Virus record (IMG/VR): IMGVR_UViG_3300005617_000584
DNA: 64,000 nt
Strand: one strand, 5' to 3'
Source of the DNA: an uncultured virus (IMG/VR IMGVR_UViG_3300005617_000584)
Lineage: Duplodnaviria > Heunggongvirae > Uroviricota > Caudoviricetes
Notes under the pieces: model-generated
Database searches by the model: none
Told to the model about the DNA's origin: nothing
The model's input: the letters and a program-made list of their open reading frames with translations, nothing else
Translations under genes and position numbers: made by a program
In this document: positions 55,305-64,000 of the stretch, piece by piece
Position numbering within the stretch: the first letter of the stretch is position 1
Layout of the letters: the number at the start of each line of letters is the position of its first letter

Positions 55305-57830
55305 ATGGCTGGGCTAGCATTGTGTGGGTTCGAGACGGGGTCCACCCTCGAGGTGGTCTCCCCGTCTGGGCTCACGATCGATTCGACGATCAAGCGGAGC
55401 GGCAACTACTCCGGCAAGATGGCGGTCGCGGGGAGTTGCCGTGTGTATACCGCGCCCGCCCCGATCACCACGTCCTATACCCGGGTGTGTGTGTACGTGA
55501 CGGCGCTCCCATCGGCGAATTCGGTGATCGCGCAATGGTTGGATGTGGGGGCGGTCCTTGTCTGTAATCTGACCTTGCTCCCTGCGGGGACATTACGCAT
55601 CGGGGGGGTGTTGAATGGCACTACGGTCCTGACGGTCAATACATGGCATGTGATAGAGCTGTTTGTGGACACCGTAGCCGATCTCGTCGAGATCCGGCTG
55701 AACGGACGCCGAGAAGTCGCGGGCGCTTTGGTGATGGCGAATCCGATGAACGCATTGAATCTGTTGTGGTCAGGTGGGGCGGTGGGGAGCTTTTGTTATT
55801 TCGATGATGTCGCGGTGAACAGTACGACCTGGCCCGGTCCTGGTCACGTGATTGCCCGTCAAGGTATTTCAGGAACGCCGACCTATGATGTGTGGTCAAA
55901 GACGGGCGGCACCATTGATGTGGTGTGGTCAGATTTCCCCTTCAATGCTGCCACCAATGCTCAGACGACGGCGGCGTCTCAGAAGCAGACGATGGTGGTC
56001 GCGAGCCCTGCGACACTTCGGATTGGACTCGTGCTCTCTCAGACGTATGGGCAGGAGTTCATCTCACCCCTGGATACGATCAATGGCTGTAAATCGGTGA
56101 TGATTGGCAAGCGCGCCTCGGGCGCTGCGAATATCAATCTGCTTCGGATCGTGGGCGGCGTGGAGACGGCGACGGCCATCAACCCTACCACGGTGGATGC
56201 GTATTTTGATGATGGTGTGTGGACCACAACCTACGCCAATCTGCTTACGGTCGAAGTGGGAGCCGAGCGGGGCGCGACGGGCACCGGGAACATGATCGTG
56301 GAAGATATGTGGCTCATGATCGACTATACCCCGGCCGTGAAGGGCTACGTGGGTTTTACGGGTTTCGAGATTGGCAGCTTTGGCGAAGTCCAGGCGATCA
56401 CGAATACCGTGGCGATTGAAACGACGACGATCCGGACGGGGGGATATTCCGCCAAGATCACCCATCACGCCTCCGAGAGCACGATCGATGTGCTCCCTCC
56501 AGGACGCCCGATGGAGCAGTATGGGGATCTTTATCTGCGGTTCTATTTCCGCGTATCGGCGCTGCCGGGCTCGTTGACCACGGTGGCACGCTTCAAGCCT
56601 CCAGTGGGCCTGGGCGTGGAGCTGAAGTTGCGGACGACGGGTATCCTCGAGGCGTTCGGAAATGGGGTGTCGATTGGCGTGGGAGTGGCTACGGCGTTGT
56701 CGATTAACACGTGGTACCGCGTTGAGCTCCGAGGGGCGGTCTCCCCGACTGGTTCGACCTCGCCGACGGGTGTAGTGCAGCTTCGCGTCAATGGGGTGGA
56801 TTTTGCCAGCACCACTGCGATTGATGTTGGAGGCATGTTCGAAAAGGCCCACCTCATGTATCACGGGACGGCCACGAATTTTTGTTTTGTGGACGATGTC
56901 GCCATTAGTGATGTCGGCTTCGTGGGCACCGGACAGGTGATCTCGCGATCTCCGGTCGCTGGGACGCCCACCAATGACGGATGGGTGAAAACAGGTGGCG
57001 CCACGATTGATCTCGTGTGGGCGGATACACCCACGAACGCGGCGACTTATGCCACTGCGAATAGTGCGAGCGGGCAACAGACGGCCATCATCGGTCCCTT
57101 CACGTCGACCCAGGCGGGCAAGGGAACCGATGTGCTGCCCGCCGACGCAGGCATCTTGGCCGTGCGGGAGGCGGTGTATGGCCGGGTGGCCCCGGCGCCG
57201 TCTGGGATGAATACCCATGCACTGCAGCGCCGGGTGGGCGGTGTCGTGACGCGGACCAATGTCATCATGCCATTGACGTCGGGGCCGGTCGTGGAGCCAG
57301 TTCCATGGACGACCACTGTGGCCTTGATGGATAGCTTGGAAGCGGGCGGGCGCCAGCAGGACGGTATCACGTATCCGATGCGGATCGAAGATGTGTGGGT
57401 GACGGCGCTGTTCAATACCCCGATTGCGCAACTAATCGATGAGCTCACGGCTACGCTGTCGGATACGATCGTGTTGCTGGTGGAGAAGATCGAGAACAAC
57501 GATGCGAGTGTGTCGGATACGATTACCCTGGTTCTGAGCTTGGTCGCCCTGACGGACACGATCTTTTTGGATGATGTGGTGACGTTGTTGGCCAGCTTGT
57601 TGGTCTCGGACGATGCCACGATTGTCGATACCACTGCGCTGTTGTTGATCCTCGGCGCCGTCGCAGATGAGACGCTCGCGATCGAGGATGTCGTGGCGTT
57701 CCTGCTGGCGATCGTCCAGGACGGCGGCACTATCACGGTGAGCGATGTGGTGGCAACATTCCAGCTCGGCGTGACGACGCGCCAGGCTGTCTATGCGCCG
57801 CGCTGGTTGATCGAGATCGAGGACGCCTAA
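55305..57830 (+). CDS. Tail fibre/receptor-binding protein with a duplicated LamG/ConA-like module
   Basis: Two ~340-aa internal repeats (GFE.GS...NTW..(I/V)EL...DDVA...GTPT.D.W.KTGG); acidic/hydrophobic C-terminal repeats. Confidence 0.8.
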   Translation: MAGLALCGFETGSTLEVVSPSGLTIDSTIKRSGNYSGKMAVAGSCRVYTAPAPITTSYTRVCVYVTALPSANSVIAQWLDVGAVLVCNLTLLPAGTLRIGGVLNGTTVLTVNTWHVIELFVDTVADLVEIRLNGRREVAGALVMANPMNALNLLWSGGAVGSFCYFDDVAVNSTTWPGPGHVIARQGISGTPTYDVWSKTGGTIDVVWSDFPFNAATNAQTTAASQKQTMVVASPATLRIGLVLSQTYGQEFISPLDTINGCKSVMIGKRASGAANINLLRIVGGVETATAINPTTVDAYFDDGVWTTTYANLLTVEVGAERGATGTGNMIVEDMWLMIDYTPAVKGYVGFTGFEIGSFGEVQAITNTVAIETTTIRTGGYSAKITHHASESTIDVLPPGRPMEQYGDLYLRFYFRVSALPGSLTTVARFKPPVGLGVELKLRTTGILEAFGNGVSIGVGVATALSINTWYRVELRGAVSPTGSTSPTGVVQLRVNGVDFASTTAIDVGGMFEKAHLMYHGTATNFCFVDDVAISDVGFVGTGQVISRSPVAGTPTNDGWVKTGGATIDLVWADTPTNAATYATANSASGQQTAIIGPFTSTQAGKGTDVLPADAGILAVREAVYGRVAPAPSGMNTHALQRRVGGVVTRTNVIMPLTSGPVVEPVPWTTTVALMDSLEAGGRQQDGITYPMRIEDVWVTALFNTPIAQLIDELTATLSDTIVLLVEKIENNDASVSDTITLVLSLVALTDTIFLDDVVTLLASLLVSDDATIVDTTALLLILGAVADETLAIEDVVAFLLAIVQDGGTITVSDVVATFQLGVTTRQAVYAPRWLIEIEDA

Positions 57831-59680
57831 TGCGCTTTTCTGAAACGACGATCAGGATTGCGGGATCGGGATTTGGTTACGGGTCGTTTGGGCACGGCCC
57901 GTTTGGGGGCTCCGGTGTATATCTGGGGGTGATCTCCCATTCGCCGACGATTTCCCGTGAGCTCTCGGATCCGTTCTGGGGAACGGTCGCTGTCCAGGAT
58001 ATTAGCTTCACGGTGGCGAATGCGAATGGCGCGTATCTTCATCTCTATCAGAACAACATCATCGGTCGCGCCGTGGTCGTGCGGCGCTATGATGCGTTGT
58101 CCGAGTACAGCTCTGAGGAATTCACGGGGATTGTGAGTTCCGTCAGTATTACGGATGAGGGCGTGGTAATTGGATGCAGTAATCGGGCATCCGTTCTCGA
58201 GGAAGAGATCCCGAAGCTCAAGGTCGATACCAGTTGGCCTGCTGCAGTTTTGGGGAATCCTGCCGAATCGGGTACGGGGTTGTCGGTGGGGGGCGGCGTG
58301 GCACAAGATGCGCTTAACCGGCCCGTGCCGATCTGGTTTGGCGATATGCCGAAAGTGCAGACGCTGTACGTGAATGAGAATATCCCGGCGAACAAGTATG
58401 ACTATCTCGTCGGCCATGGTCCCATTACGGTAGTGAATGTGTATCGGACGGGCGCCAATAATCGTCTGTTCCTGGTGAATACGGCCGAGTACACCGTGAG
58501 CACCTCGCTCTATCCGGGGTATACAGTTGTGCGATTTGTGCGCCGTCAGGTCAATACCTCGAATACGCTCACCGATATTTTTGTGGATGGGCAGGGTCCA
58601 GCCACCCGGAAGAACTTTGTGACCGCGATCCGCCATCTCCTCACGAAGTCGTGGGGATTAAATCAGGTCGTAGATGCGGTGAATTTCAATGCAGCGGCCG
58701 CGTTGGTGGGTGCGATGACGGAGCTCGAGTGCGATGGAGTCTTGACGGATTCGACCCCGGCGATGGATGTGCTCAAGCATCTTCTGATGGTACGGGGAAT
58801 GCGGTTGTCGCTCGGTCCCGATGGGTGGCGGATTGCTGTGGATGCCGCCTCCACCGCGACGATTCGCATGGTCTTGAATGAAGGCCGGGCTCCAGAGAGT
58901 TCGCCGAATATCCTCAGTGTGGGCGCCCGCGATCGAACGGTTATGGACAACGTGGTGACGAATGCCATTATCAGCTACCGCTTTGATCGGCCCACAAGTA
59001 AGTATCTATTCCAGCAATCCCAGGTTGTGAATGCCACAACGTACGGGGCCGAGCGGGTGTTCGAAAATCTCTTTATCCGTGAGCACGCCTGTGCGGATCG
59101 GGTATTGGCGTACCTCAAGGGACGTTTGAAATACGGCAGCGAACAGGTGGGCGTTGGGCTACCCCAAGAGGCCCGGGTCCTGAGTGAGGGGGATTTAGTG
59201 ATGATTACCTCTCCCCGTCGCGGGCTGTTTGCTCAAGTGATGGAGGTTACTCAGGTCGAAAAGAGCCTGGAAGCGGTCAATACAGTGTTGGTGTCGTGGG
59301 ACACCTTGATTTATGCGTATACCGCTGCCACGCCCCCCGCTGATGATGTAGCGGGCACGTTTGAGGATTTTTCGAATGTGCCGCCTAATCCTGTTGCGAA
59401 CCTGACGTTCCCCACGGGGGCCGCCTTCCGAGGCACCTACAATGTGGTGGGCGTTGGCTTGCGGGCGTTCGTCACGGTGCGGTTTACGACGCCCACTGAT
59501 GGAAATTACGACCACGCGAATGTACGGTTCCGCAAGAACCTCTCCACGATTTGGCAGGCCTCAAGTGTGACGTATGCGACAGGGACGGTCGATGTGCGTA
59601 TTGAAAATCTCGACCCGGAGGTCACATATGAGTATTCGGTGCAAACCGTAAACAAGTTCGGCTTGCTTTCTGGTGGCTAG
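57830..59680 (+). CDS. Baseplate hub/central tail tip protein with C-terminal FN3-like domain
   Basis: PVPIWFG, L.EGDLV.I, ENLDPEVTYEYSVQTVN. Confidence 0.8.
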   Translation: MRFSETTIRIAGSGFGYGSFGHGPFGGSGVYLGVISHSPTISRELSDPFWGTVAVQDISFTVANANGAYLHLYQNNIIGRAVVVRRYDALSEYSSEEFTGIVSSVSITDEGVVIGCSNRASVLEEEIPKLKVDTSWPAAVLGNPAESGTGLSVGGGVAQDALNRPVPIWFGDMPKVQTLYVNENIPANKYDYLVGHGPITVVNVYRTGANNRLFLVNTAEYTVSTSLYPGYTVVRFVRRQVNTSNTLTDIFVDGQGPATRKNFVTAIRHLLTKSWGLNQVVDAVNFNAAAALVGAMTELECDGVLTDSTPAMDVLKHLLMVRGMRLSLGPDGWRIAVDAASTATIRMVLNEGRAPESSPNILSVGARDRTVMDNVVTNAIISYRFDRPTSKYLFQQSQVVNATTYGAERVFENLFIREHACADRVLAYLKGRLKYGSEQVGVGLPQEARVLSEGDLVMITSPRRGLFAQVMEVTQVEKSLEAVNTVLVSWDTLIYAYTAATPPADDVAGTFEDFSNVPPNPVANLTFPTGAAFRGTYNVVGVGLRAFVTVRFTTPTDGNYDHANVRFRKNLSTIWQASSVTYATGTVDVRIENLDPEVTYEYSVQTVNKFGLLSGG

Positions 59681-59718
59681 ATCTGGAAAAGTGCGGTTAT
59701 ACTTGATGAGGAGGAGTA

Positions 59719-60582
59719 ATGGCGAACCCTGAGATAGACACCACTGATGGCGATGTGACTCCACCACCCGCCCCGATGAGTATCATTGTGACTGCGTATG
59801 GTAAGGGATTGATGGTGTCGGTGCTCTTGGTCGAGGGGCTCGATTTCCTTGAATACGAATTCTGGAAGAAAGTAGGCGCAGGCGGCACGTATGCCATGTT
59901 CGCCCATGGACGGATCAGCAGCATGGTGGATCTGGATACCGCTTATGGGACGACCTACTTCTACAAGGCGCGCGGGGTGGATACGAGTGGCAACGTGGGC
60001 GCGTTCGGTACGGCGGAAGCGTCTGGCACGCCCGCTCAGATGGCGACGGGTGATATTGGGTCTGGCGCGGTGCAGACGATCAATATTGCCGCTGGGTCTG
60101 TTGTCACTCTAAATATCGCGGCGGGCGCGGTCGTGACTTCGAATATTGCAGCAAATGCTGTGAGTTCTGTTGCGGCTTCGTCGGCGATTTCCGTTGCTGG
60201 TCCGATATTCACCCCAACGTTTACGTCGGTTATCCCAAATCTCACTGTAGGGATTACCACGCAAGGTGGTCCAGTGTTGGTCGTGTATTCTCTAGAAATC
60301 ATCAAGACCAATACTGATGCGTCTGTCCAGGTTGTGGGCGCTTTGTTCACGGTTCGGCGCGATGGTGCTACATTGGGTGGTGGGATCAATTCGAAATCGG
60401 CTCAGGCCGGTCTCCCGGCGCCGTTGAATACGACGAATGAGATTCAATCGTATACGTTGGTTGATATTCCGCCCGCCGGATTCCATACGTATGATGTGAC
60501 TTGGTGGCCAAGTACATCAGGGGTGAATGCGACTTTCTATGCGGGCACGAGATTCATTGAAGCGATCGAATTTAAGAGGTGA
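59719..60582 (+). CDS. Tail tip protein (FN3-like plus IAAG repeats)
   Basis: DVTPPPAP, TYFYKARGVDTSGN, NIAAG.V repeats. Confidence 0.8.
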   Translation: MANPEIDTTDGDVTPPPAPMSIIVTAYGKGLMVSVLLVEGLDFLEYEFWKKVGAGGTYAMFAHGRISSMVDLDTAYGTTYFYKARGVDTSGNVGAFGTAEASGTPAQMATGDIGSGAVQTINIAAGSVVTLNIAAGAVVTSNIAANAVSSVAASSAISVAGPIFTPTFTSVIPNLTVGITTQGGPVLVVYSLEIIKTNTDASVQVVGALFTVRRDGATLGGGINSKSAQAGLPAPLNTTNEIQSYTLVDIPPAGFHTYDVTWWPSTSGVNATFYAGTRFIEAIEFKR

Positions 60583-60589
60583 GGTCTCT

Positions 60590-60799
60590 ATGAGACAAGG
60601 TTTGACGTTAGATGCGAATGGAAATATCACTGGGATGGTTATCGTGACTAATGATAGCGATATTTATCTGCAGACTCACGATAATCTCTTGATTGTCCCA
60701 GCGGATCATAAAGTGTTTCAAGACAAGCATGGATGGACCGTGGAGCAGTTACCGGAACCGGAACTTAAACAGGAGGCTCATGATGGAGATGCTGAATGA
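60590..60799 (+). CDS. Small hypothetical protein
   Basis: gaggt RBS. Confidence 0.55.
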   Translation: MRQGLTLDANGNITGMVIVTNDSDIYLQTHDNLLIVPADHKVFQDKHGWTVEQLPEPELKQEAHDGDAE

Positions 60800-61037
60800 A
60801 GCGCGAGCGGCGATCAGCGGATACAAGACTTATGGGGCAGCACTTCTCACGGGCATCTATGCCGTGGGGGCGTGGCTTGTGTTCGGGCAGCCCGTTAATG
60901 TCGACTTGATCGCACTGGCGGTCTTGAGCTCAACCCTGCGGGCGGCGATCGCCAAGGGACCGACTCCACCGCCGTTGACGGTGATAAATGGCGAGCTCAC
61001 CTATCCCGAAGGACGTTCTTCCCGGCGTGGTCTCTGA
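60780..61037 (+). CDS. Holin-like membrane protein
   Basis: GYKTY motif, two hydrophobic segments, LRAAI; aggagg RBS. Confidence 0.65.
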   Translation: MMEMLNEARAAISGYKTYGAALLTGIYAVGAWLVFGQPVNVDLIALAVLSSTLRAAIAKGPTPPPLTVINGELTYPEGRSSRRGL

Positions 61038-61068
61038 TGCGCTGTCACCCTTACCCGAGGAGGTTTCT

Positions 61069-61482
61069 ATGAAGCTCAATCGATTTTCCTACGTGCTGAT
61101 GGCGATTCTCATCCTCGTCAGCCTTCAGGCGTGTGCGTCGTTCAACACGCGTGATAAGCAGCTATTGATTTCCGGGACTGCGATGGAAGCGGCCTCGGAT
61201 CAGTTCGTCCAGGTCGGCAATATGTTCAATGCCACCTATACCGCGAAACAGATTACCGCTGATCAGTATCGCCCATGGGCCGTGTTCGCCACGCATTTCA
61301 AGACGGCGTATCCGCTCGCGGTAGATTCCTGGAAGTCAGTCCATGCGTCGGGTGACGTCGCGTCCCAGAGCAAGCTTGAAGTGGTGATCCGGGATATGCT
61401 GACCGGGCTGTCGAAATTCTCGGCCTTCATTATCCCGTACCTCGCACCACCCCCAACTGCCGTGCCGTTGGCGGCGAAGTAA
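61069..61482 (+). CDS. Putative lipoprotein (spanin-like?)
   Basis: Signal peptide with lipobox LQAC. Confidence 0.7.
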   Translation: MKLNRFSYVLMAILILVSLQACASFNTRDKQLLISGTAMEAASDQFVQVGNMFNATYTAKQITADQYRPWAVFATHFKTAYPLAVDSWKSVHASGDVASQSKLEVVIRDMLTGLSKFSAFIIPYLAPPPTAVPLAAK

Positions 61483-61494
61483 GAGGAGGCCATC

Positions 61495-61695
61495 ATGCCA
61501 GCTCTACTCGCAATGCTGATCCCGCTGATTCCCGGCCTCATCGATTCTGCGTTCAAGATGGTGGCGGCGATCCGCTCGGCCGCTGGGGATAGCCCCGAAG
61601 TGACGGCGGAAGTCAAGGCGAAGCTCTTGGCCCTTGAGCAGTCGCTTGAGGCCTCCAAGAAGGCTGTCGCTGATCTGGTCGTGTACAAGGTTTAG
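61495..61695 (+). CDS. Small membrane/coiled-coil protein
   Basis: Hydrophobic N-terminus; gaggagg RBS. Confidence 0.65.
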   Translation: MPALLAMLIPLIPGLIDSAFKMVAAIRSAAGDSPEVTAEVKAKLLALEQSLEASKKAVADLVVYKV

Positions 61696-62006
61696 TGAAG
61701 CTCGCCGCTTTCCGGATCCCGCCGCGCATTCACCTTCCTGGCGTCGTGATTCATGTAAAGCAAGTTGACTCCGACGAGATCGAAGGTCAAAGCGCACAGT
61801 GGGACTACGATGCGACCACTGGGGAAGCGCGCATCCGTATCGACCAGCATATGCCGTTGGCCGTGAAGCGCTATCTGCTCTATCACGAGCTACAGCATGT
61901 GCTGGTCGACCTCATCGACATTGCCCTCGAATATCACAGTGATCTCATTCGCAACGCCCGCATGGGCAAGCAGCAGCGCCGCAAACGCAAAGCTAGTCAC
62001 CCTTAA
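61695..62006 (+). CDS. HExxH metallopeptidase-like protein
   Basis: IRID...LLYHELQH. Confidence 0.7.
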   Translation: MKLAAFRIPPRIHLPGVVIHVKQVDSDEIEGQSAQWDYDATTGEARIRIDQHMPLAVKRYLLYHELQHVLVDLIDIALEYHSDLIRNARMGKQQRRKRKASHP

Positions 62007-62023
62007 ACCTGCGAGGTTCTCTA

Positions 62024-62818
62024 TTGAGTGTAAAGCCGCGAGCTCGAGTCTACTGTGGTGTAAAGCACGGCGTCATCCCCGATACCCAGGTCAAGCCCGG
62101 CGTTCCGATCGATCACTTCGACTGGATCGCCCAGTACTTCTGTGAGAAGCGCCCTAACGTGATTATCCATTTGGGCGACTGGTACGACATGAATAGCCTC
62201 TGTTCCTACGATAAGGTGGACAACCCCGGGGACTACCATCAGCGCCTCTACGAAGATGATCTCGAGGCGGGCGATCGGTCGTTGGAGCTGTTCGAGAACC
62301 GCCTGGCCAAAACCAAGGACTACAAGCCCCGGAAGGTCTATCTGTTAGGCAATCACGAAAATCGCTACGAGCGGCTGATCCGTGCAGAGCCGGTGCTGGC
62401 GCGGTCGCTGACGAAGCCCTGGAAGGCAGCGGAGGCTCGGGGCTGGGAGGTGCAGCCGTTCCTGAAGCCGATTGTCATTCATGGCGTGGCCTACTGCCAC
62501 TATTTCTGCCGAGGGCCGAATGGCACCGTCGGCAACTCACGTCGAGGGGCGCCGTCGGCGCGGGCGCAGGTCACGCGGGAGATGCGGTCTTGTACGGCTG
62601 GCCACAAACAGGGCCTTGATGTGCACATCCAGCCGACCGAAGACGGCATGAAGCGCGGCATCATCGCTGGGTCCTGTTATCAACACGAAGAGGAGTATCT
62701 CTCCCCCCAGGGGACGACCTACTGGCGCGGCATCCTCATGAAGCACGAGGTGCACGAGGGCGACTTTAATCTTATGGAGGTGTCCTTGAATTTTCTCCAG
62801 CGGCGGTTTGGACGATGA
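62024..62818 (+). CDS. Calcineurin-like metallophosphoesterase
   Basis: PDTQ, HLGDWYD, LGNHE, GH motifs. Confidence 0.88.
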   Translation: MSVKPRARVYCGVKHGVIPDTQVKPGVPIDHFDWIAQYFCEKRPNVIIHLGDWYDMNSLCSYDKVDNPGDYHQRLYEDDLEAGDRSLELFENRLAKTKDYKPRKVYLLGNHENRYERLIRAEPVLARSLTKPWKAAEARGWEVQPFLKPIVIHGVAYCHYFCRGPNGTVGNSRRGAPSARAQVTREMRSCTAGHKQGLDVHIQPTEDGMKRGIIAGSCYQHEEEYLSPQGTTYWRGILMKHEVHEGDFNLMEVSLNFLQRRFGR

Positions 62819-63330
62819 GTTTGGAACCCGAAGGTGATTGCATAGGATTTCAGCTTCAGCATGATGAGGTGCTCTGTCCGCTCCACGAGTTCCCTGGTAT
62901 GAAGATGATGCCCCGGCGTCATCCCGCCTCCGAGCGGCTCCATGAGCTCCTGCAAGAGATGGGTGCCCTCCACGACCGGAAGCAGAAGGATTACGGGACC
63001 GCGACGGATCCGTTTGCGAATGTGCGCGGTTCCCTCGAGTTTGGCGTTCGTCCCTGGGTGGGGGCGATGATCCGCCTCAATGATAAGGTCAAGCGCCTGC
63101 AGTCCCACGCCCAGGGCTCGCCCCTGGCGAACGAGGGCGCGCTCGACTCCATGATGGATATCGCGGTCTATGCGCTGATTGCGTATGTCCTGTACGAGCA
63201 GGACGCCCTCGCCACCCCTCGGCCGGAGGGAGGGTTTTGCATTGAGCAAGTGGCGCATGTAGGATCGAAACCTGATGGCAACGCGACCCCGTCTTCCAAC
63301 GGACAGGAAACTGGGCTTTCAACCCGGTAA
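62815..63330 (+). CDS. DUF1599/nucleotide-modification-associated domain protein
   Basis: KQKDYG...FAN...IRLNDKVKRL...DS.MDIAVYA. Confidence 0.75.
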   Translation: MSLEPEGDCIGFQLQHDEVLCPLHEFPGMKMMPRRHPASERLHELLQEMGALHDRKQKDYGTATDPFANVRGSLEFGVRPWVGAMIRLNDKVKRLQSHAQGSPLANEGALDSMMDIAVYALIAYVLYEQDALATPRPEGGFCIEQVAHVGSKPDGNATPSSNGQETGLSTR

Positions 63331-63373
63331 CGCGAGATCAACACTCGCCGGGGTCATTTCCAATTAACGCTGC

Positions 63374-63844
63374 GTGGAAATCAAGGAGTTCATCATGCAA
63401 ACCGAAATAGATGAGCGCCAACAGCTTCGGCGGGAGCGGATGTTCGCTGATCTGGACAACCTCAAGAAGCATGTGGACGGCCTCGCCTCACGGCATGAAG
63501 GCGCGCATCGTAAATCGTTGGAGGCGACTCGGGCGGTGCGCGATCTAGAAGAAGCCGTGAAGATGAAGGAATCCATGGTGTTGGCCCTTGTGTCGGGGGA
63601 GCTTGATCCAGGCACGAACAAGCCTCGCTATACCAGTGTCGAGACACGCAAGGCAGCGGCGCAGACGCAGTTGGCGAGTGATAGTGAGTACCAGGGGCTC
63701 AAAGACAAGCTGTTTGATACCCAGGGCACCAAGATGAATGCCGATCTTGAATTGGGTGGGATCGAGCAGCAGTGGAAGAGCGCGGGTGTCGTGCGAGACA
63801 TCCTCGTAGCCCAGACGCGGCTGTTGACCGCTGATTTCCAGTAA
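63374..63844 (+). CDS. Coiled-coil hypothetical protein
   Basis: Helical, charged; probable start at the downstream ATG with aaggag RBS. Confidence 0.7.
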   Translation: MEIKEFIMQTEIDERQQLRRERMFADLDNLKKHVDGLASRHEGAHRKSLEATRAVRDLEEAVKMKESMVLALVSGELDPGTNKPRYTSVETRKAAAQTQLASDSEYQGLKDKLFDTQGTKMNADLELGGIEQQWKSAGVVRDILVAQTRLLTADFQ

Positions 63845-63865
63845 CCCTTCCCCAAAGGAGTTTCC

Positions 63866-64000
63866 ATGGCGAACATCGCTGTCCCTGATCGTAATCTGAC
63901 CACCCGTGATATGGAATTGAAGGCGGCGGCGGATATGGTGCCGAAGAATCTACCCTTCACTCAGGAAGAGTGGGCGGAGATGCCCAAGGAAGAGCGCTTT
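63866..64000 (+). CDS. Partial ORF running off the window
   Basis: aaggag RBS, ATG 63866, open to the end. Confidence 0.55.
   Translation, partial: MANIAVPDRNLTTRDMELKAAADMVPKNLPFTQEEWAEMPKEERF

Noticed and set aside
59678..59719. Amber readthrough or alternative genetic code at the end of the hub gene
   Set aside because: Readthrough adds only 12 residues before TAA. Other TAG-ending genes look complete and no canonical suppressor tRNA is present.

Overview
A 64 kb segment of a large, fairly GC-rich tailed dsDNA bacteriophage or prophage. It is siphovirus-like: it has a 2,943-aa tape measure protein and no tail sheath was recognised. Nearly all genes are on the + strand. Layout: (1) 1-7.3 kb is an RNA-rich region. 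It holds the 3' part of a large, heavily base-paired ncRNA (GOLLD/ROOL-like context) and 18 tRNA genes. One tRNA-Lys(CTT) is split by a ~94-nt insertion in its T-loop, and at least seven unexplained stem-closed or tRNA-like RNAs sit between the tRNAs. An HNH gene is wedged between two tRNAs. (2) 8.2-13.3 kb holds the RtcB RNA ligase and small hypothetical genes. (3) 13.3-22.6 kb holds fibre/accessory structural genes (some with signal-peptide-like N-termini), the terminase large subunit and the portal. (4) 22.8-30.7 kb and 35.8-39 kb hold a large glycosyltransferase, methyltransferase and NDP-sugar dehydrogenase block inside the head module (candidate virion glycosylation). (5) RNase HI on the minus strand is followed by a ~500-nt structured intergenic region with group-I-intron-like core motifs. 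(6) Protease/scaffold, capsid, neck and tail genes follow, with a -1 frameshifted tail chaperone, the tape measure protein and tail tip genes, then holin-like, lipoprotein, metallophosphoesterase and nucleotide-modification-associated genes. All calls come from reading motifs and base-pairing by eye; no database searches or folding programs were run.
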